The translations under genes were made by a program, and so were the position numbers. DNA of 35,861 bases from Dimorphilus gyrociliatus (lineage: Eukaryota; Animalia; Annelida): assembly GCA_904063045.1 (NCBI GenBank), contig CAJFCJ010000115.1:1-35861 (forward strand), written 5' to 3'. Each line of letters begins with the position of its first letter. The stretch's first letter is position 1. The notes beneath the pieces are model-generated. The model was not told where the DNA came from, did not search any database, and saw nothing but the letters and a program-made list of their open reading frames with translations. Below are positions 29,634 to 35,861 of the stretch, in pieces.

Positions 29634-32600
29634 CTAACAATCTAAAATAATCTGGAATATAACCCCCATTACCAAAAATGTACAATACACTACAATACAA
29701 AGTGCAAAAACAGTCAAATACCAATTATTAGGTATACCACAGAAATACAATTCAAAACTACCATCAAAAGCACACTTTTCTGGACTAAACATTAAAATTG
29801 GACAATGCTCTCTGATATTTTGTAATATTTTCTTTCGAATTTCTGAACCAAGTTGATTTTCATGCAAATACAGTTCTTCTAAATGAGGATTTGACCCTAT
29901 TGCTTCACCAATGACCACACCAATGCTATGGTCAAATGAGCATTTTGAGAAATTAACACTCTTTAAATTTGAACAGTGTTCTTTGATATTTTGAAATATT
30001 TTGTTTCCAATTTCTGAACCAAGTGGATTTTCTTGCAAATTCAGTTTTTCTAAATGAGGATTTGACCCTATTGCTTCACCAATGACCACACCAATGCTAT
30101 GGTCAAATAAGCATTGTGACAAATTAACAATCTTTAAATTTGAACAGTGATCTTTGATATTTTGAAATATTTTCTTTCCAATTTCTGAACCAAGTGGATT
30201 TAATTGCAAATACAGTTCTTCTAAATGAGGATTTGACCCTATTGCTTCACCAATGACCACACCTATACTACTGTCAAATAAACACCTTGATAAACCCAGT
30301 TTCTTTAAATTTGAACAGTGATCTTTGATATTTTGAAATATTTTCTTTCCAATTTCTGAACCAAGTGGATTTTCTTGCAAATTCAGTTCTTCTAAATGAG
30401 GATTTGACCCTATTGCTTCACCAATGACCACACCAATGCTATGGTCAAATAAGCATTGTGACAAATTAACAATCTTTAAATTTGAACAGTGATCTTTGAT
30501 ATTTTGAAATATTTTCTTTCCAATTTCTGAACCAAATGTATTTTGATCTAAATACAGTTCTTCTAAATGAGGATTTGACCCTATTGCTTCACCAATGACC
30601 ACACCTATACTACTGTCAAATAAACACCTTGATAAAGCCAGTTTCTTTAAATTTGAACAGTGGTCTTTGATATTTTGAAATATTTTCTTTCCAATTTCTG
30701 AACCAAGTGGATTTCCTTGCAAATTCAGTTCTTCTAAATGAGGATTTGACCCTATTGCTTCACCAATGACCACACCAATGCTATGGTCAAATGAGCAATG
30801 TGAGAAATAAAGTTTTTTTAAATTTGAACAGTGGTCTTTGATATTTTGAAATATTTTCTTTCCAATTTCTGAACCAAGTGGATTTTCTTGCAAATTCAGT
30901 TCTTCTAAATGAGGATTTGACCCTATTGCTTCACCAATGACCACACCAATGCTATGGTCAAATGAGCATTTTGAGAAATTAACACTCTTTAAATTTGAAC
31001 AGTGTTCTTTGATATTTTGAAATATTTTGTTTCCAATTTCTGAACCAAGTGGATTTTCTTGCAAATTCAGTTTTTCTAAATGAGGATTTGACCCTATTGC
31101 TTCACCAATGACCACACCAATGCTATGGTCAAATAAGCATTGTGACAAATTAACAATCTTTAAATTTGAACAGTGATCTTTGATATTTTGAAATATTTTC
31201 TTTCCAATTTCTGAACCAAGTGGATTTAATTGCAAATACAGTTCTTCTAAATGAGGATTTGACCCTATTGCTTCACCAATGACCACACCTATACTACTGT
31301 CAAATAAACACCTTGATAAACCCAGTTTCTTTAAATTTGAACAGTGATCTTTGATATTTTGAAATATTTTCTTTCCAATTTCTGAACCAAGTGGATTTTC
31401 TTGCAAATTCAGTTCTTCTAAATGAGGATTTGACCCTATTGCTTCACCAATGACCACACCAATGCTATGGTCAAATAAGCATTGTGACAAATTAACAATC
31501 TTTAAATTTGAACAGTGATCTTTGATATTTTGAAATATTTTCTTTCCAATTTCTGAACCAAATGGATTTCCATCTAAGTACAGTTCTTCTAAATGAGGAT
31601 TTGACCCTATTGCTTCACCAATGACCACACCTATACTACTGTCAAATAAACACCTTGATAAAGCCAGTTTCTTTAAATTTGAACAGTTGTCTTTGATATT
31701 TTGAAATATTTTCTTTCCAATTTCTGAACCAAGTGGATTTAATTGCAAATTCAGTTCTTCTAAATGAGGATTTGACCCTATTGCTTCACCAATGACCACA
31801 CCAATGCTATGGTCAAATGAGCATTGTGAGAAATAAAGTTTCTTTAAATTTGAACAGTGGTCTTTGATATTTTGAAATATTTTCTTTCCAATTTCTGAAC
31901 CAAGTGGATTTTCTTGCAAATTCAGTTCTTCTAAATGAGGATTTGACCCTATTGCTTCACCAATGACCACATCTATAGTGCTGTCAAATAAACAGTTTGT
32001 TAAAGCAATTGCCTTCAAATTTGAACAATTATCTTTAATATTTTGAAATAGTTGTTTTCCAATTTCAGAGGCAAATTTTTTTGCTTGAAAATCAAAGTTG
32101 TTTTGCACTGCAATGAACTCAATTTTTGGATTCAAAAAAATGATTTCACTGTATAATGAACCACTGTTTTTAGATAATGTGGATAATTGAACAGCAAAAT
32201 ATCTTAAGGTTTTACAGTTTGTTTGAATAGTTTTGAGAATTGTTATGTCAGAACCATTTTTAAATATGATGCGTCGAAGTTGTAGTTTTTCAAGATGTTT
32301 TAAATTGTTTTTTTTAATATCGAATAAAAGATTTTGTTCAGTTGAAGTTGTGATATCTGATGTATTCATAGTTTCATTTGTTGTTTTAATTATTTTTAAT
32401 GGTTTTATGTTTTCTAATGATATCTCTTTCAAATTGATATTTTTTGATAAATAGTTCAGTATTATATTTAATTGTTGAATTTTTTTATTGTTCAAAAAAG
32501 TTTCTTTGCTGAATTTTATTTCTAGTTGGTGTATGTTGTGTTGGGTTTTTAGTATTTCAATTGCTTTTTCAAAGACATTATCCTCAAAAATGCTTTCATT

Positions 32601-32786
32601 TATTCTGAAGCTTTGAATGTCTATATCCAAGTGTTTTAAAATTTCTAGTTTATTACCTAGTCCAATGAATTTGCATTTTTCAATAAGTAATGAATGGTGT
32701 TGTAAATAATCCTTTAAACCAGCTAGAATATCCTGGATTAGTGATAAGTTTAAGTTTTTGAATTTAATTGTTGGATCAAATGTTGA
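29634..32786 (-). CDS. Open C-terminal NLR segment: RI-type LRRs plus C-terminal TM helix
   Basis: Frame open for 1051 codons (upstream stop at 32789-32787); ends WYLTVFALCIVVYCTFLVMGVIFQIILDC*. Confidence 0.7.
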   Translation of the reverse strand, partial: STFDPTIKFKNLNLSLIQDILAGLKDYLQHHSLLIEKCKFIGLGNKLEILKHLDIDIQSFRINESIFEDNVFEKAIEILKTQHNIHQLEIKFSKETFLNNKKIQQLNIILNYLSKNINLKEISLENIKPLKIIKTTNETMNTSDITTSTEQNLLFDIKKNNLKHLEKLQLRRIIFKNGSDITILKTIQTNCKTLRYFAVQLSTLSKNSGSLYSEIIFLNPKIEFIAVQNNFDFQAKKFASEIGKQLFQNIKDNCSNLKAIALTNCLFDSTIDVVIGEAIGSNPHLEELNLQENPLGSEIGKKIFQNIKDHCSNLKKLYFSQCSFDHSIGVVIGEAIGSNPHLEELNLQLNPLGSEIGKKIFQNIKDNCSNLKKLALSRCLFDSSIGVVIGEAIGSNPHLEELYLDGNPFGSEIGKKIFQNIKDHCSNLKIVNLSQCLFDHSIGVVIGEAIGSNPHLEELNLQENPLGSEIGKKIFQNIKDHCSNLKKLGLSRCLFDSSIGVVIGEAIGSNPHLEELYLQLNPLGSEIGKKIFQNIKDHCSNLKIVNLSQCLFDHSIGVVIGEAIGSNPHLEKLNLQENPLGSEIGNKIFQNIKEHCSNLKSVNFSKCSFDHSIGVVIGEAIGSNPHLEELNLQENPLGSEIGKKIFQNIKDHCSNLKKLYFSHCSFDHSIGVVIGEAIGSNPHLEELNLQGNPLGSEIGKKIFQNIKDHCSNLKKLALSRCLFDSSIGVVIGEAIGSNPHLEELYLDQNTFGSEIGKKIFQNIKDHCSNLKIVNLSQCLFDHSIGVVIGEAIGSNPHLEELNLQENPLGSEIGKKIFQNIKDHCSNLKKLGLSRCLFDSSIGVVIGEAIGSNPHLEELYLQLNPLGSEIGKKIFQNIKDHCSNLKIVNLSQCLFDHSIGVVIGEAIGSNPHLEKLNLQENPLGSEIGNKIFQNIKEHCSNLKSVNFSKCSFDHSIGVVIGEAIGSNPHLEELYLHENQLGSEIRKKILQNIREHCPILMFSPEKCAFDGSFELYFCGIPNNWYLTVFALCIVVYCTFLVMGVIFQIILDC
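29805..32027 (-). repeat. 171-bp coding tandem repeat (57 aa = 29+28 LRR pair), 13 units with a 1026-bp higher-order duplication
   Basis: NPHL Asn codons at 31943 down to 29891 in exact 171-bp steps; units 4-6 equal units 10-12 at protein level. Confidence 0.95.
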
Positions 32787-35700
32787 TCATTGAATTGAAG
32801 TTTCCTGTCATCCAAATCAATGGAGTTGAATATATGTAAATTTGATATTTGATTCACTTGTTTGGCTAAATCAATGATATATTTAACATTCAAGTCAGAG
32901 CTATAAAAGTATATTTGGGTGAAATTTCTTTTTTTCAAGTTGACAATCTCTTTGAAAAATTTAAGTGCAGAACTGCCTTGAAAACTATTTTCAGATAAGT
33001 CAATAACTTCAACTGAAGATAAAAAATCTAATAGCTTTGTAAAAGCCTTCAAAAATTTATTGGTTAAATTGCACTTTTTTAAAAATATTTCTTTTAAATT
33101 GTTCCTTTGAAAAATTTTAAGCAATTGACTTCCATTATTGAATTGATTGTTAGAAAAGATTAGATTTTGGTAGTTGGTGAATGAAGTTGGATCGTTAAAT
33201 ATCTCATCTGTTAAGTTGCAGTCAGAAAAGTTGATTTTCACATTTCTCTCTATAGGCCTATTTAAGAGAGATAAAATGTTTTGTGCATTGATTCCAGATA
33301 TATTATTTTGACTTATTGTTAAATATGATATTTTGGTTAACTGGTTCAAATGTTTGTATAAATAATTAGTAGATTGTTCTGTTAAATTGCAATTTGTCAG
33401 GTCTAACTCATGTAACTCAAGTGAGTTGCCAATAATTTTTTGAAACAAATAAAATATCAAATCAATGCTAATATTATTATTTGTGAATGATATAGATTTC
33501 AAATTTAAGGCTATTGTTTCATCAATTTCCTCTAATTTTGACTTTGAGAGTTCAATTTTTGGTAGTCTCAAACTCTCTAAAGAATCCATTGTAAAAAGGC
33601 AATTTATAAATTGACATTTATCTGATTCAATCAAATTATTTCCCAATAACTCTAACACTCTCAATGATGAACAGTTGTCAAGTAATTTCTCCATGTTTTG
33701 TACAGAAAGTTCCAAATTACAATTATTAAGCTTTAATATTTCCAAATTATTTAGATGACTACTAATTGTTAATATGAGCCTCTCTCCAGATTCTTTATTA
33801 AACTTTGCCTGACATAGGCCAAGTTCAGTCAATTCTGTAAAATTTTTCAGAATATTTATCATTGGACATGGAAAATTAAGTTCATCACATTCCCTTAGAG
33901 CTAAAATTTCAGCTTTGTTTGATTGTAGACAATTTAAAAGCAGTCTAATGTTCTCTTCTGTAAAAAATGCAATTTTAAAAGTCTATAAAAATATTTCATC
34001 AATATTTACCTAGAATTTTACATTTGCATAATTTAACTTTGGTCAACTTGATACATTTCAAGTATTTGTAGTGACAAACATCCAATGAAAAGGCATTACA
34101 ATTGTTTAGGGTTAAAGACTTTAAAGAAAATGATTCAATAGTAATTTCTAAATGTTTTTCTGCCTTAAAGAGAATATCAGAGAGAGATAAGTGTTTGAGC
34201 TTTAAAAAACTTTCAAACATATATTGAAAATATTGAACATCAATTGATTTTCTCACCCCTCCTCTTAATATTAAACTCTCCAGACTCTCATTTAATGTAG
34301 CCTTGATTGTATCAAAAAAATCATCAAATGTTATTTTCACAAATGTAAAATGATAACAGTAATTTTTTAAGATATTCTATTATCAAATTTAAAAGTGATT
34401 TATTCAAATGGATACTTTTTAAGCAGAATTCAAATGAATTTTCAGGATTATATTTTGAAGTAGTTCAATTACTTGCTTATCAAGATCTAATTTATCAATT
34501 ATATTTGAGTTTCTTTTCATTATCCGGAGAAAACTTCACCATCCATATCTTGTAGAAAATTGAATACATTCTGCATAAAAATGATATATTTTGATGTCTG
34601 CAATGCTTCATCAATTTTTGTCTTTGATTTTCAATATCAGATTTATACTCTTCAAAATATAATATGCTGTAAAATAGTCTTGAAATGAAGAATGTATAAA
34701 TTTCAAAAATTCCTCTCCAATTGTTTTTTTTAAATGGAGTTAAAATTCCATTAAAATAATTATACTTTTCAACAATATTTGTTTTGGTAATTTGTGAATT
34801 GTAAAAGTGATTTTCAAAAGCTAGTGTTGAACAGAATTTCAAAAATTCCCTACTATCTGATGCTCTTTTAGAGATGAGTTCAATAAACTCTTGATATATA
34901 TCTGTATATCTTACAACTTTCATTTCAGAACTTTTATCATTCCAAATAGAAGCTGTTAGCAAAGCAATTAGAGAATTTTGCAAGCTTCCAAAAGTAGTCT
35001 TTATCACTTAAAAAGCTCATAATTTTCTCAGACTTTAAACTCTCTTCTTTGGGTTTTTTGTTATCCCAATTTGCTCATGAAAAAATTTTTTGAAAAACAT
35101 TTTTAGGCTATTTTCATCAAACTGAGATATTTCAAAAATAAAGTCATAAGTATCTTTAATTTCAAAACATTTTGATTTCTGACCAAACTATAACTGGAAA
35201 TTGGTAAAACCTTTGCTAGATATGATATAGTAAGATTGTTTTGTCTGATTTAAGTTCATCTGCTCCATCAAAAAGTAATAAAATTTTCTTTGTTTGTCAG
35301 CTAATAATAATCAAATAGTTCCTTGATATCCATGTTTCATATGTAAATTTTGGGTGAATAATTGTTCATTGAAATCTAAGTCATCATTTATCTCATTTAG
35401 CCTTCCATATAAACTGTATATTCGTAGAATAGTATTTCAATTGCCCATGAATACAAAACTTGCAAAAAATGATGAGTTTTTCCTATTCCAGAATCACCTT
35501 GTATTAGAATTCTATCATTACCATTTTCAATTATTTATAAACTGAATACCATTAGATGAACAAGACTCTGACCCTTTTAGCATTATAAAGTTAAATGGGA
35601 TTGTAATATTCTTCAAATTTACTCTCTTTTGTTGTTGTTTAAAAATGAAATTGGGAATTGTTTGAAATTTTCTTTTCACTTGCTCCTTTATGGCAATATT

Positions 35701-35861
35701 AAAATATTCCATGTATTTTGAATATCTTTAAAAGTTTATCTTTGTTTTTGTCCAGCTTTCATGTTTTCTTAATAAATTTATAAATCTTCAGTCTAAAGTA
35801 GAAAGATGTTGATCAAAAAGTATTTCTAAATTATCCAATTGGTATTCAACATCAATTATTT

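Larger units (their letters stand above)
29634..35861 (-). pseudogene. NACHT-LRR (NLR) locus, 5'-open; NACHT half disrupted by multiple stops and frameshifts
   Basis: Walker A RILIQGDSGIGKT (P-loop 35498-35475), Walker B KILLLFDGADEL (~35270), PVIVWS, winged-helix region and QDYFTAYYI (~34680) in shifting frames; LRR-rich ORFs 33999..34340, 32750..33862, 29634..32630 follow in order. Confidence 0.85.

Overview
AT-rich eukaryotic (invertebrate-like; taxon not determinable here) genomic window that is mostly a transposon graveyard interleaved with defence-like genes. Left: an intronless, 5'-open 5.6-kb ORF with a complete set of SecA ATPase motifs plus TPR-like and hydrophobic C-terminal segments. 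Middle: Mutator (MULE)-type MITEs and orphan ends, a hidden two-exon secreted Cys-rich gene inside 125-bp inverted repeats, a gypsy pol relic, ARM, SRCR-like and FkbM pseudogenes, and a dead DD34E Tc1 inside a larger inverted repeat. 18.7-27.0 kb: a Ty3/gypsy LTR element with gag, PR-RT-RH-IN and an env-like ORF resembling class III (gB-like) fusogens, interrupted by a 957-bp MULE-type insertion (9-bp TSD) and bounded by two strongly mismatched LTRs. Right: LTR remnants and a minus-strand NACHT-LRR (NLR) locus whose NACHT half is disrupted but whose last ~1050 codons are open, with 13 near-identical 57-aa LRR units varying mainly at concave-face positions and a C-terminal transmembrane helix. 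All family assignments are from motif recognition by eye; no searches were run.
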